Source: a virus. Taken from it: 64,000 bases of DNA. The stretch lies in the IMG/VR virus record IMGVR_UViG_3300009181_000042, positions 38,746-102,745 of that record; one strand, written 5' to 3'. Under the pieces are notes generated by a model, which searched no databases, was not told the DNA's origin, and worked only from the letters and a program-made list of their open reading frames with translations. Shown piece by piece: positions 54,901 to 64,000 of this stretch; positions within the stretch are counted from its first letter, which is position 1, and the number at the start of each line of letters is the position of its first letter. Position numbers and translations under genes: made by a program.

Positions 54901-57900
54901 AACTCCAGTCAGCACTGTGGGCAACACTGCGCCCGAATATCTAGAAGGTCGCATATTCTACGATAACGACCAGTATACTGCAGTGCTAATGGCCGATGCG
55001 GCTGATATGCCGTTGCCTTGGGGCGAACGCGAAGTAGTCATCTGCCGCAACAAGACTGGTGCGATGATTCCGATCGGTACGCCTGTGTATGTTACTGGTG
55101 TACACATACCAGGACATCCTATACACGGGCACCATCCTACCATAGCTCCTGCTGATGCAAGCACTGTTGCTAAGAGCCAAGTGATAGGTATAACTGGCCA
55201 TGACATCATGGACGGTATGCATGGATACGTAGTGGTTCGCGGTTGGATTGGATCTTTTGATACCAGCACTCTAATTGGCAATGGTGCACCTGTGTTTAAT
55301 GGGTTCTCATCGCCAGGTACGCTTACAGCCTACGCACCTGAATATCCAAACTATCCATTCCAAGTAGGGGTGTGCTTAACCAGTGGCAATGCCACAGTTG
55401 GTACGCTATACGTGGCTCTATCCGACGAATCGCCAGCCAGATTGCATGTGCAAGGATCAAGCTGGTTCGATCAGGACTTGACCGTAGGTGGCAACCTAAC
55501 TGTACAAGGTGCTAGCACTGCACTTGTGGTGCAGACACTGAACATAGGCGACCAATATGTATACGTCGGTGCCGGCAATGATGTTACTGGTGTGTTCTAC
55601 GGTACAGGATTAAACGACGGTACGTTCACCGGGCATTTCCAAGGTAATGTTGATACCAGTTACTATGTTAAGATAGACAATGTCACTGTGGTACCAAACA
55701 CATTTGCATGGTCATACGACAATTTTGTTACTACCCAAGCTGGCAATGTTGTGATCACAACACAGCCACAGCCGTTAAGCTATGGTATCAGCGTGCAGTT
55801 CCAGAGCACAGCCGGTCATACTCTTAGCGATTATTGGATAGGTAATGCTGCAATCAGCAATACTGACTTCGGGCTCGTGGGCAATTACGTGCAAGGCACC
55901 TATACGCATGCTGGTATGTTCCGTAGTGCAGCTGACAATTCGTTCACATTTTTCCGCCGCTATAATCCCGAGCCAACTGGAAACATAAACGTCAACGATA
56001 GCAGCTTCCTATTAGGTAACACCACAGTAGAGAAGAGCGTCGCAAATTACGTGACTGTGATCGGCACTGCACCAAGCACATCCTGGTTAAATGGTGCATT
56101 GACGGTAGCAGGCGGAGTAGGTATTGCAGGAAACCTCAACACTAACGGGCAGCAAAGCATCGTAGGTGGACAATTACAAGTCGGTAGTGGGTTAACAGCA
56201 GGAACGATCTATAGCAACGGATTTGTCCAAGCTGCAGGCACTATAACGGCTGCAGCAATCAACTCGAATGGCACTATAGTTGGTGCTAGCATCTACAGCA
56301 ACGGCACTGTGCAAGCTGCAGGTTTGGTCACAGTAAATGCACTCGTAAGCAATAACAACGTGTTTGGTGCTACGCTGCAGAGCAGCGGCCAAGCACTAGT
56401 TAACAGTTTGATTAGTAATAATAATATTACTACTTCTACCCTGAATTCAACTGGTGCTGCAATAGTCAGCAGCTTGACCAGCAATACCACAATACAAAGC
56501 GCAGGCACTGCTACGCTGAATGCTGTGATTGCTAATAACAACGTGTTTGGTTCTACGCTGCAGAGCAGCGGTCAAGCGTTGGTTAACAGCTTGGTCAGCA
56601 ACAACAACATAACCACCGCTACGCTAAACTCAACTGGTGCTGCACAAGTAAACAGCTTTATCGCTAATACCACGATACAGGGTATAGGTACTGCTACTGT
56701 AAATGCGTTAATTGGCAACAACAACGTATTTGGTGCTACGCTACAGAGCAGCGGCCAAGCAACAGTCAATAACCTAGTTGGTAACAACAACGTGTTTGGT
56801 GCCACGCTGCAGAGCAGTGGGCAAGCACTAGTCAATAGCTTGGTCAGCAACACAACTATATCAACGTTGAGCATGACCTTGCTAGGAACGTTGACAGCAG
56901 GCAATGTCTACAGCAATGGGTTCACACAGACAGCGGGATTAACCACTACTAATCAGCTGATATCTAACGCTAACATCTACGGCGCTAACCTAAACATTGC
57001 TGGACTTGTGCAGCTCAACAGCTTGATCAGCAATACCACCATACAGAGTATAGGTACTGCCACAGTCAATGCGCTGATCAGCAACAACAATATCACCGGT
57101 GCTACGCTTAATACTAGTGGTTTAGCACAACTCAACAGCTTGATCAGCAACACAACTGCACAAGTCGGCGGTACTGCTACGGTCAATGCACTGAACAGCA
57201 ACAACAACATATTTGGTGCTACGCTTAATACCAGCGGATTGGCACAGTTCAATAGCATCATCAGCAACAACAACATCGCGGGTGCTACCTTAAACATCAC
57301 AGGTGCTGCACAAGTCAACAGCTTGATCAGCAATACCAACATCACTGCTGCTACTATTATTAGTAGTGGTGCTGTTGTGGTTAATAGCCTCACCAGCAAT
57401 ACCACAATACAAGCAGCGGGTGCTGCCACAGTAAATTCGCTGTTGGCCAATGCCAACATCACAGGTGCCAATCTCAACATCAGCGGCACTGCGTGGCATG
57501 GCAATGTCTATAGTAATGGTTTTACACAGACCACCGGTCTTGCTACAGTCAATCAGCTGATCAGCAATGCCAACATCTACGGCGCCAACCTCAATATTGC
57601 TGGGTTGGGTTATATCAACAGTCTCAATGTCAACACCAGCACCAGCACTGCTAGCCTAAACGTTGGCAACGGTGGTGCTATAGTTGGTAACTTGATCAGC
57701 AATGGGTACATAACCACAGCTACTCTCAATGTTACTGGCAATGCACAAGTAAATGACATCACGGTTAACACTGTGGTGCGCACAAGTACAATAACCAGTA
57801 CTGGTGCAGCAATATTTGCTAACATCAACAGCAATGGTATCATACAGAGCGCTGGCACCACCACTGTAAATAAACTGATCAGCAACACCAACATATTCGG

Positions 57901-60900
57901 TGATACACTGAATATCAACGGTAAAGTTGTAATTGGCAGTTTGACCAGCAACACCACCATACAGAGCAATGGCGCGGCAGTATTCAACAACTTCACTGCC
58001 AACACTCGTAGTTTTATCACCAGTGGTGGTATTGATGTAACTGGTGACAGCTTGATTACTGGTAACTTACAGATAACCGGTAATCTGGTGTTTGGTGGTA
58101 ACAGCTTTGTAATTAACACGCAAAGCTTGACCATCGTTGACCCTGTGATCGAACTTGGTATTGGCACCGGTGGAACTGCACTAACTGTAGACGACGGGTA
58201 TGATCGCGGCGTGTTGATGGATTACTTCCATAATCCGGCGTACAATGGTGAAACTGCTGGGTTCAACCATGCCTTCATGGGATATAATAACAGCACAGGC
58301 CAGTTGATCTATGTGACCAACGTGGCACCAGGCAATGTCAATGTTAACAACAACATTGAGAGCTACCCAGGCATCATCTACGGCGGAGCAGTGTTTGGTA
58401 ACATCTGGCTTAGCAATGTAAAGAGCATCAGCACAGATACTACCAGCGGCGGCGTGGTATCCCTGGGTGGCATAGGTGCAGGCGGCAATATCAACATTGG
58501 TGGTCAGCGCAACAACTTCAGCGGCAACATCAACATATTTGGCAACAACACAGCAATCAGTAGCACTACTGGTGCACTGACTGTAGCCGGCGGCGTAGGC
58601 ATCATAGGCAACCTCTTTGTTGGCGGTAACTTAACCTCTAATAATGGTGCACAGTTCAGCTTTGTCATAGCCAGCAATGCTATCACAGCAGCAAGCTTGT
58701 TCAGCAATGGTGCTGTGCAATCAGGTGGTACTGTGACTGCTGCTGCAATTAACAGCAATGGCACTATAGTTGGTGCTAATGTATACAGCAACGGATTTGT
58801 GCAAGCAGCAGGCACTGTTACTGCTGCGCTAGTCAATAGCAACGGCACTATAGTTGGTGCTAACGTCTACAGCAATGGTTTCGTACAAGCTACTGGTACT
58901 GTAACTGCTGCATTGATTAACAGCAATGGCGCAATAGTTGGCCAGAGTGTAACCAGCAACAGCACCATACAAGGTGCTGGTACAGCAATTATCAATGCTA
59001 TCTACAGCAATACTTTCATACAGGCTGCTGGCACAATCACATCCAATGGCGTCATAAGCAATGTGTATGGCGTGTTCGGGCAGAACGTAACTGTGAACAG
59101 TGCCAACACCAGTACCAGCACCAGCACTGGTGCACTGATAGTCACCTCTGGTGGAGTTGGTATTGGCGGTAACATCAATGTTGGCGGCACTCGCAACCTG
59201 TTTACTAACAATGTGGGTATAGGTACTAGCACCGCAACTGGCCTGGGCAATGTGCTTGCTGTTTATGGCACGGAGAACCTCTATGGTAATCTAGTGATCA
59301 GCAACACTGCTGCTGGCGGATCAGGTATCTACTTCCCAGACGGTACCTTCCAACAGACTGCTGGTACCATAGGCGGTGTGAACCAAAGCGTGCAGTTCAA
59401 TGACAACGGTGCGTTTGGTGGTACCACTACGTTCTTGTTTGATAAGACCAACCTGCGGTTAGGCATCGGTACTGCAAGCTTGACCAACAGCTTGATGGTA
59501 TACAGTGCTACTCCAGCAATATTCAATACCACCAATGCTGGTGATCAGCAGATCATAGTTGGTAACACCACATCAGACGGCACTGTGATAGGTTTCAACA
59601 GTGCAACTGCTCCTGCATACGGATACATGAAATCCGCAGGCGGCGTGACTAACATAGTGGTCACCAAGACAGGTACTGGTATAGGCGGTATCACTCAACC
59701 TCAAAACACCTTAGACGTTAGCGGAAGAACTGCAATAGGTTTTGCCTATGCAGGTGTGGTTGCTGCGCCCACAGACAGCCTCATAGTCAGCGGTAAAGTT
59801 GGTATTGGCACATATACACCGTTGAGCACACTAGATGTTCGCGGTGTTGGTAGCTTCCTCACTGCACTCAGCACAGGTGGCACTGCTAGTGTAAATGCAT
59901 TGATATCAAACAACAATGTGTTCGGCGCTACTCTGCAGAGCAGCGGACAGGCGCTGGTTGATAGCTTGGTCAGCAACGGTGCGATCAGCGGTGCCAGCAT
60001 TAGTCTAACTGGTGCAGCTGTGGTCAGCAGCTTGACCAGCAACACCACCATACAAAGCGCAGGCACTGCTACTCTGAATGCCGTGATAGCTAATAACAAT
60101 GTGTTTGGTGCCACGCTGCAGAGCAGTGGTCAATCACTGGTCAACAGTGCAGTAAGCAACAACAATATAACCACTGCTACTCTAAACAGCACAGGTGCAG
60201 CGCAAGTCAACAGTTTCATTGCCAATACCACGATACAAGGTATTAGCACTGCCACAGTCAACACGCTCATAAGCAACGTTTACGGTTTATTTGGGCAGAA
60301 CGTGACTGTAAATAGTGCTAACACAAGCACTACTACTAGCACAGGCGCACTGGTGATAACCACAGGTGGCGCTGGCATTGCTGGCAACATCAACGTTGGT
60401 GGTACCAGATCGCTGTTTACCAACAGTGTGGGTATAGGTACCAGCATACCAACCGGTACTAATAGCAATGTGTTTAGCGTGTATGGTACTGCGATGCATT
60501 ATGGCAACTTGGTTCTTCAGAACCAAGCAGCTGGCGGTGCAGGCATATACTTTGCTGATGGCACGTTCCAAGTTACTGCTACTGTACCATATAGCAATAC
60601 CAACGTAGCTAGCTATCTAAGCGGCCCGGTAGTCATCGGTAATTTGACCATAAGCAATACTACTGCATCAACATCAACTACTACAGGTGCACTGCTCATG
60701 GGCGGTGGCGCTGGTATACAGGGTAATGTTAATGTTGGCGGTAACTTATCGGTTGCGCTAGCTAGCCAGCTCAGCTTTGTTATAGCTAGCAACAGCGTCG
60801 TTGCATCGTCTATGACCAGCAATGGGGTTGTTCAAGCAGCAGGCGCAGTAACAGCTGCATACATAAACAGCAATGGCACTATAGTTGGCGCTAACATCTA

Positions 60901-63900
60901 CAGCAATGGCTTCGTGCAAGCAGCCGGTCCTGTTACAGCTGCATACATCAACAGCAATGGCACTATAGTTGGTAATAACATCTACAGCAATGGCTTTGTA
61001 CAAGCAGCCGGCACCATCACTGCTGCTAATATAGTAAGCAATGGGGATGTTAAGACATCTACGCTCAATGCTAGCAGCACGGCCACAGTAGGCGGATTGA
61101 ACAGCAATGCCCAGGTCCAGGCAGTTGGAGCAGTAACGGCTGCGTATATCAACAGCAACGGTACTATAGTTGGTGCTAATGTCTACAGCAATGGATTTGT
61201 GCAAGCAGCTGGTACTGTGACTGCTGCACTGATCAACAGCAATGGCACTATAGTTGGTGCCAACATCTACAGCAATGGCTTTGTACAGTCTGCAGGTACG
61301 TTAACTGCTGCACTAGTTAACAGCAATGGCACCATAGTAGGTGCTAACATCTATTCTAATGGATTTGTGCAAGCAGCTGGTACAGCAACTGTAAATGCAG
61401 CAGTAAGCAATGTCTACGGCTTATTTGGACAGAACGTCACAGTAAACAGCACCAACGCCAGCACTGCAACAACCAATGGTGCCCTGACAGTAGCAGGCGG
61501 CGTCGGCATAGCTGGTAACGTGATATCAGGCGGTAACTTGGTACATGCTGGTGCATCATCACTAAGTTTCGTTATAGCTAGCAACAGCATAGTTGGCTCG
61601 AGCATCACTAGCAACAGCTCGATACAATCAGCTGGTACTGCTATAGTGAATGCGTTAACAAGTAACGTATATGGCTTGTTTGGCCAAAACGTAACTGTTA
61701 ACTCAGCAAACGCAAGCACAAGCACTGGTACTGGTGCGCTGGTCATAACCACTGGTGGGTTAGGCGTCGGTGGTGCGATACATGCAGGCGGCCAAATCTA
61801 CACTGCAACGACGTTGAATGTAGCAGGTACTGCACAGGTTAACACATTAATCAGCAATGTCTACGGTTTATTTGGTCAGAACGTAACTGTTAACTCGACT
61901 AACGCAAGCACTGCAACAACCAATGGTGCGTTGACAGTAGCAGGTGGCATCGGTGTAGCAGGCAACGTGATATCAGGCGGTAACTTAATAGTACCACTTG
62001 CATCCAACCTGAGCTTTGTTGTAGCTAGCAACAGCATAGTTGGCTCAAGCATGACCAGCAACGGCTATGTTCAAGCTGCTACACAAGTACTTACTAATGC
62101 GATCATAAGCAACGTATATGGCCTGTTTGGCCAAAACGTAACAGTTAACAGTGCTAACACAAGCACTGCAACAACCAATGGTGCGCTTGTTGTTTCAGGT
62201 GGTGCTGGCATAGGTGGCAACATCAATGCGGGCGGTTCGCGCAACACCTTTACCAACTATGTGGGAGTGGGAACAAGCTCAGCATTGGGCACGAGTTCTA
62301 ACGTGTTGACCGTGTACGGCAGCGAGATGGTATATGGCAACATAGTCTTGCAGACTCCTGCAGGCAGCACAACCAGTGGCATATACTTTGCTGACGGGTC
62401 ATATCTCATAACTGCAGGAGGTGGCGGAAGCTATAGCAATGCCAACGTAACCAACTATCTCAGCGGGCCAGTGCAAGTTGGTAACTTGACCATCAACAAT
62501 GCTACTGCAAGCACCAGCACTGTAACTGGTGCACTGCTGATGTTTGGTGGTGCTGGCATACAGGGCAATGTTAACGTTGGCGGTAACTTATCGGTTGCGC
62601 TAGCTAGCCAGCTCAGCTTTGTGATTGCAAGCAACAGCATTGTTGGATCTAGCATCACTAGCAATAGCACGATCCAATCAGCTGGTACAGCAACAGTAAA
62701 TGCACTAGTAAGCAATGTTTACGGGTTGTTTGGACAAAATGTTACAGTCAACAGCACTAATGCTAGCACAAGTAGCTCAACAGGTGCACTGGTTGTTGCC
62801 GGTGGTCAGGGCCTTGGCGGAAACTTGTGTGTTGCTGCAGCAACAACCAGCTTGTTTGGCGGCAATATAGGCATAGGAACTACGTCAAGTCTTGGGGCTA
62901 CAAGCAACGTGCTTAGCGTTTACGGCACAGCGATGCTGTTTGGTAACCTGAAGATCAGCAACACTGCAGCTGGTGGTAGCGGTATCTATTTCTCAGATGG
63001 CACGTTCATGACCACTGCTGCTACCGGTAGCGGCGGTGGTAGTAGCACACCCGGTGGATCCAACACTCAGATACAGTATAACAACAACGGTAACCTAGCC
63101 GGTAGCACAGGGCTAGTGTTCTTTGGCAACACTACATCAGTTGGTATAGGCACAAGCGCTCCTGCATATAATCTCGATGTCTGGGGCAACATACACATAG
63201 GCAACAGCACCGCTGGAGGTAGCAATGGCATAGTGTTTGCTGATGGCAGCGTGCAGACCACTGCTGCTAATACGTCAATACAGACATTCACGTTCACTGC
63301 CACACTGGGTCAGACCACGTTCAGCGTGTTCCCATACGCACCGGGTCCGCAAGGTGTTAACTATACGCAGGTGTTCGTGAACGGTGTGTATCAGCGCACC
63401 AGCACTTATGCTTGGACTGGCACCAACATCGTGCTATCATCTGGTGCTGTGCAGTTTGCCAGAGTTGAGATACGCATCACTGTGGCAGCTGGCACGTTAA
63501 CCAACGTGGGTAGCCAGATAGCTGGCTCGAATGTGTTCAACGTGCAGACTGCTGGCATAACCGTGTGGAACACCGGCTTTACCTACACCGTGGGCTACTT
63601 AGATGTTTACATCAACGGCCTCAAGCTGGCGCTGGGCACGGATTATACTGCTGGTACTGGTACTAGTGTGACGTTTGCTACTGCACCAGCTATTAACAGC
63701 ATAGTGCAAATGACTGGCTGGAACACTAATGGTGTTCAGCAAGTCCAAGGCAGCAACGTGTTCAACGTGCAGACTGCAGGCATAACTGTGTGGTACACTG
63801 GCTTTACCTACACTGTGGGCTTCCTCGATGTGTATGTAAATGGCATCAAACTAGCCGACGGTTACGGGTACACTGCCACAACTGGCACGTCAGTGCAGTT

Positions 63901-64000
63901 TACCACTGCACCAAGTGTTAATAGCATGGTCACGTTTGAAGGATGGACACAGGGCAGCACACTGGGACAGATGGCCACGCAGCGCAAAGCATTTTATGTA
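51914..64000 (+). CDS. giant repetitive virion fibre protein, at least 4029 aa, truncated by the right edge (not in the ORF track)
   Basis: GTG 51914 gives MTAKNQDFVVKNGLQV..., and the same frame reads ...LGQMATQRKAFYV at 64000. The track lists no closed ORF in this frame. TAAATA at 51869; paralogous to 14707-21867. Confidence 0.88.
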   Translation, partial: MTAKNQDFVVKNGLQVTSNLVVGTYTSNPSVAQSANGAIISGNVGIGTSAIAQGTKLVVANGNIQTSTLGFGYVFPDGTFQTTAATYTVPGGGNTQIQFNLNNTFAGNSQFVFDASNVRLGIGTATARSTLDVIGNILISNSVSSTTGIIFPDGSFQTTAVTPTPSFGTQYTIQFAGIGNTFSGDSNNLVWSSSNATLLSSNIAVANRLSANDITIANSAVINGSMTVINAVTANIFIGNTAAISGNVTAGNLVGNTATVSGNSTFGGNVVITSNTAATSQGTGALQVQGGASIGGNLFLAGNFTVSGNLNIANVGGIQDLVVNSLTANTFIQSAGIISGSAINSNASITAINYVNANQFIANTNVGIGTATVQYPLDVYGNIHIGNTATISGILFPDGTFQDTAAVTTVATPSYGAQGTVQFAGAGNTFSGNTAALFWDNTNYSLYANAITTSAFNSTGNAQVNRLVSNLSVGIGTTTAVGIANAFAVYGSENLYGNLVLQTAAGSTTSGIYFADGSYLITAGGGGSYSNANVTSYLSGPVQIGNLSVNNTTVSTNTASGALLVGGGVGIGGNLNVGGAQSLFSNSVGIGTGTAPVSNNILNLYGNVVISNTVSGGSGVYFPDGSFQTTAVTPTNSYGTAGTIQFAGSANTFSGNSSALFWDSSNNWLGIGTNLPTQPLTLLGNLLAYGNTHVMFGRLGIGTSNIKIGDNLTVVGGNINVASYGTGIFFPDGSFQQSSAGSSAAGSDKNVQFNDGGFFAGQNNFIFDKTNLRLGIGTASLTNSLMVYSATPAIFNTTNGGDQQIIVGNTTSDGTVIGFNSATTIAYGYMKSAGGVTNIVVTKTGTGIGGITVPQNTLDVGGRTAIGFAYAGVFTAPTDSLIVSGKVGIGTYLPYSALDVMTNASIRGNVSIAVNANIEKLVVNSDITVSTVTVGGMALVNSLVSNTYGVFGQNVTVNSTNSSTSTTTGALVVAGGIGVSGNVYAGNLNVGNHIDLTPVSTVGNTAPEYLEGRIFYDNDQYTAVLMADAADMPLPWGEREVVICRNKTGAMIPIGTPVYVTGVHIPGHPIHGHHPTIAPADASTVAKSQVIGITGHDIMDGMHGYVVVRGWIGSFDTSTLIGNGAPVFNGFSSPGTLTAYAPEYPNYPFQVGVCLTSGNATVGTLYVALSDESPARLHVQGSSWFDQDLTVGGNLTVQGASTALVVQTLNIGDQYVYVGAGNDVTGVFYGTGLNDGTFTGHFQGNVDTSYYVKIDNVTVVPNTFAWSYDNFVTTQAGNVVITTQPQPLSYGISVQFQSTAGHTLSDYWIGNAAISNTDFGLVGNYVQGTYTHAGMFRSAADNSFTFFRRYNPEPTGNINVNDSSFLLGNTTVEKSVANYVTVIGTAPSTSWLNGALTVAGGVGIAGNLNTNGQQSIVGGQLQVGSGLTAGTIYSNGFVQAAGTITAAAINSNGTIVGASIYSNGTVQAAGLVTVNALVSNNNVFGATLQSSGQALVNSLISNNNITTSTLNSTGAAIVSSLTSNTTIQSAGTATLNAVIANNNVFGSTLQSSGQALVNSLVSNNNITTATLNSTGAAQVNSFIANTTIQGIGTATVNALIGNNNVFGATLQSSGQATVNNLVGNNNVFGATLQSSGQALVNSLVSNTTISTLSMTLLGTLTAGNVYSNGFTQTAGLTTTNQLISNANIYGANLNIAGLVQLNSLISNTTIQSIGTATVNALISNNNITGATLNTSGLAQLNSLISNTTAQVGGTATVNALNSNNNIFGATLNTSGLAQFNSIISNNNIAGATLNITGAAQVNSLISNTNITAATIISSGAVVVNSLTSNTTIQAAGAATVNSLLANANITGANLNISGTAWHGNVYSNGFTQTTGLATVNQLISNANIYGANLNIAGLGYINSLNVNTSTSTASLNVGNGGAIVGNLISNGYITTATLNVTGNAQVNDITVNTVVRTSTITSTGAAIFANINSNGIIQSAGTTTVNKLISNTNIFGDTLNINGKVVIGSLTSNTTIQSNGAAVFNNFTANTRSFITSGGIDVTGDSLITGNLQITGNLVFGGNSFVINTQSLTIVDPVIELGIGTGGTALTVDDGYDRGVLMDYFHNPAYNGETAGFNHAFMGYNNSTGQLIYVTNVAPGNVNVNNNIESYPGIIYGGAVFGNIWLSNVKSISTDTTSGGVVSLGGIGAGGNINIGGQRNNFSGNINIFGNNTAISSTTGALTVAGGVGIIGNLFVGGNLTSNNGAQFSFVIASNAITAASLFSNGAVQSGGTVTAAAINSNGTIVGANVYSNGFVQAAGTVTAALVNSNGTIVGANVYSNGFVQATGTVTAALINSNGAIVGQSVTSNSTIQGAGTAIINAIYSNTFIQAAGTITSNGVISNVYGVFGQNVTVNSANTSTSTSTGALIVTSGGVGIGGNINVGGTRNLFTNNVGIGTSTATGLGNVLAVYGTENLYGNLVISNTAAGGSGIYFPDGTFQQTAGTIGGVNQSVQFNDNGAFGGTTTFLFDKTNLRLGIGTASLTNSLMVYSATPAIFNTTNAGDQQIIVGNTTSDGTVIGFNSATAPAYGYMKSAGGVTNIVVTKTGTGIGGITQPQNTLDVSGRTAIGFAYAGVVAAPTDSLIVSGKVGIGTYTPLSTLDVRGVGSFLTALSTGGTASVNALISNNNVFGATLQSSGQALVDSLVSNGAISGASISLTGAAVVSSLTSNTTIQSAGTATLNAVIANNNVFGATLQSSGQSLVNSAVSNNNITTATLNSTGAAQVNSFIANTTIQGISTATVNTLISNVYGLFGQNVTVNSANTSTTTSTGALVITTGGAGIAGNINVGGTRSLFTNSVGIGTSIPTGTNSNVFSVYGTAMHYGNLVLQNQAAGGAGIYFADGTFQVTATVPYSNTNVASYLSGPVVIGNLTISNTTASTSTTTGALLMGGGAGIQGNVNVGGNLSVALASQLSFVIASNSVVASSMTSNGVVQAAGAVTAAYINSNGTIVGANIYSNGFVQAAGPVTAAYINSNGTIVGNNIYSNGFVQAAGTITAANIVSNGDVKTSTLNASSTATVGGLNSNAQVQAVGAVTAAYINSNGTIVGANVYSNGFVQAAGTVTAALINSNGTIVGANIYSNGFVQSAGTLTAALVNSNGTIVGANIYSNGFVQAAGTATVNAAVSNVYGLFGQNVTVNSTNASTATTNGALTVAGGVGIAGNVISGGNLVHAGASSLSFVIASNSIVGSSITSNSSIQSAGTAIVNALTSNVYGLFGQNVTVNSANASTSTGTGALVITTGGLGVGGAIHAGGQIYTATTLNVAGTAQVNTLISNVYGLFGQNVTVNSTNASTATTNGALTVAGGIGVAGNVISGGNLIVPLASNLSFVVASNSIVGSSMTSNGYVQAATQVLTNAIISNVYGLFGQNVTVNSANTSTATTNGALVVSGGAGIGGNINAGGSRNTFTNYVGVGTSSALGTSSNVLTVYGSEMVYGNIVLQTPAGSTTSGIYFADGSYLITAGGGGSYSNANVTNYLSGPVQVGNLTINNATASTSTVTGALLMFGGAGIQGNVNVGGNLSVALASQLSFVIASNSIVGSSITSNSTIQSAGTATVNALVSNVYGLFGQNVTVNSTNASTSSSTGALVVAGGQGLGGNLCVAAATTSLFGGNIGIGTTSSLGATSNVLSVYGTAMLFGNLKISNTAAGGSGIYFSDGTFMTTAATGSGGGSSTPGGSNTQIQYNNNGNLAGSTGLVFFGNTTSVGIGTSAPAYNLDVWGNIHIGNSTAGGSNGIVFADGSVQTTAANTSIQTFTFTATLGQTTFSVFPYAPGPQGVNYTQVFVNGVYQRTSTYAWTGTNIVLSSGAVQFARVEIRITVAAGTLTNVGSQIAGSNVFNVQTAGITVWNTGFTYTVGYLDVYINGLKLALGTDYTAGTGTSVTFATAPAINSIVQMTGWNTNGVQQVQGSNVFNVQTAGITVWYTGFTYTVGFLDVYVNGIKLADGYGYTATTGTSVQFTTAPSVNSMVTFEGWTQGSTLGQMATQRKAFYV

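Noticed and set aside
54210-59820. Diversity-generating retroelement TR/VR pair
   Set aside because: Differences between copies look mostly synonymous rather than adenine-specific, both copies are mid-gene, and no reverse transcriptase is in the window.
52086-63303. Many short ORFs listed in the track for 52-64 kb
   Set aside because: They are shadows of the single + strand giant ORF starting at 51914.

Overview
This window is most consistent with a 64-kb piece of a large T4-like (probably jumbo) dsDNA phage genome in the standard genetic code. Genes are densely packed, many with ATGA/TGATG/TAATG overlaps, and a T4-late-promoter-like TAAATA motif recurs in intergenic gaps. It holds five modules. 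(1) 1-14.7 kb, minus strand: an RNase H-like nuclease, two methyltransferases and a 7-deazaguanine DNA-modification pathway (folE, queD, queE, a DpdL-like QueD paralogue, a TGT-fold DpdA-like enzyme). A GT-B glycosyltransferase and an MTA/SAH nucleosidase are embedded in it, and folE and queD have riboswitch-like leaders. (2) 14.7-25.5 kb: large virion fibre/structural proteins. (3) 25.8-29.8 kb: a dnaJ-def-clpA operon. (4) 30.6-37.8 kb: an apparently late-expressed operon with a nucleotidyltransferase, a cupin, a form IV RuBisCO-like protein, a phosphodiesterase and five glycosyltransferase-like genes, three with TPR-like tails. (5) 41.6-64 kb: collagen-like (Gly-Xaa-Thr)n fibres and an ORF of at least 4029 codons that runs off the right edge and is absent from the supplied ORF track. 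The best candidates for an undescribed system are the RuBisCO-like sugar-synthesis/virion-glycosylation operon and the glycosyltransferase-containing deazaguanine locus with structured RNA leaders. All functional calls come from motifs read by eye; no searches were run.
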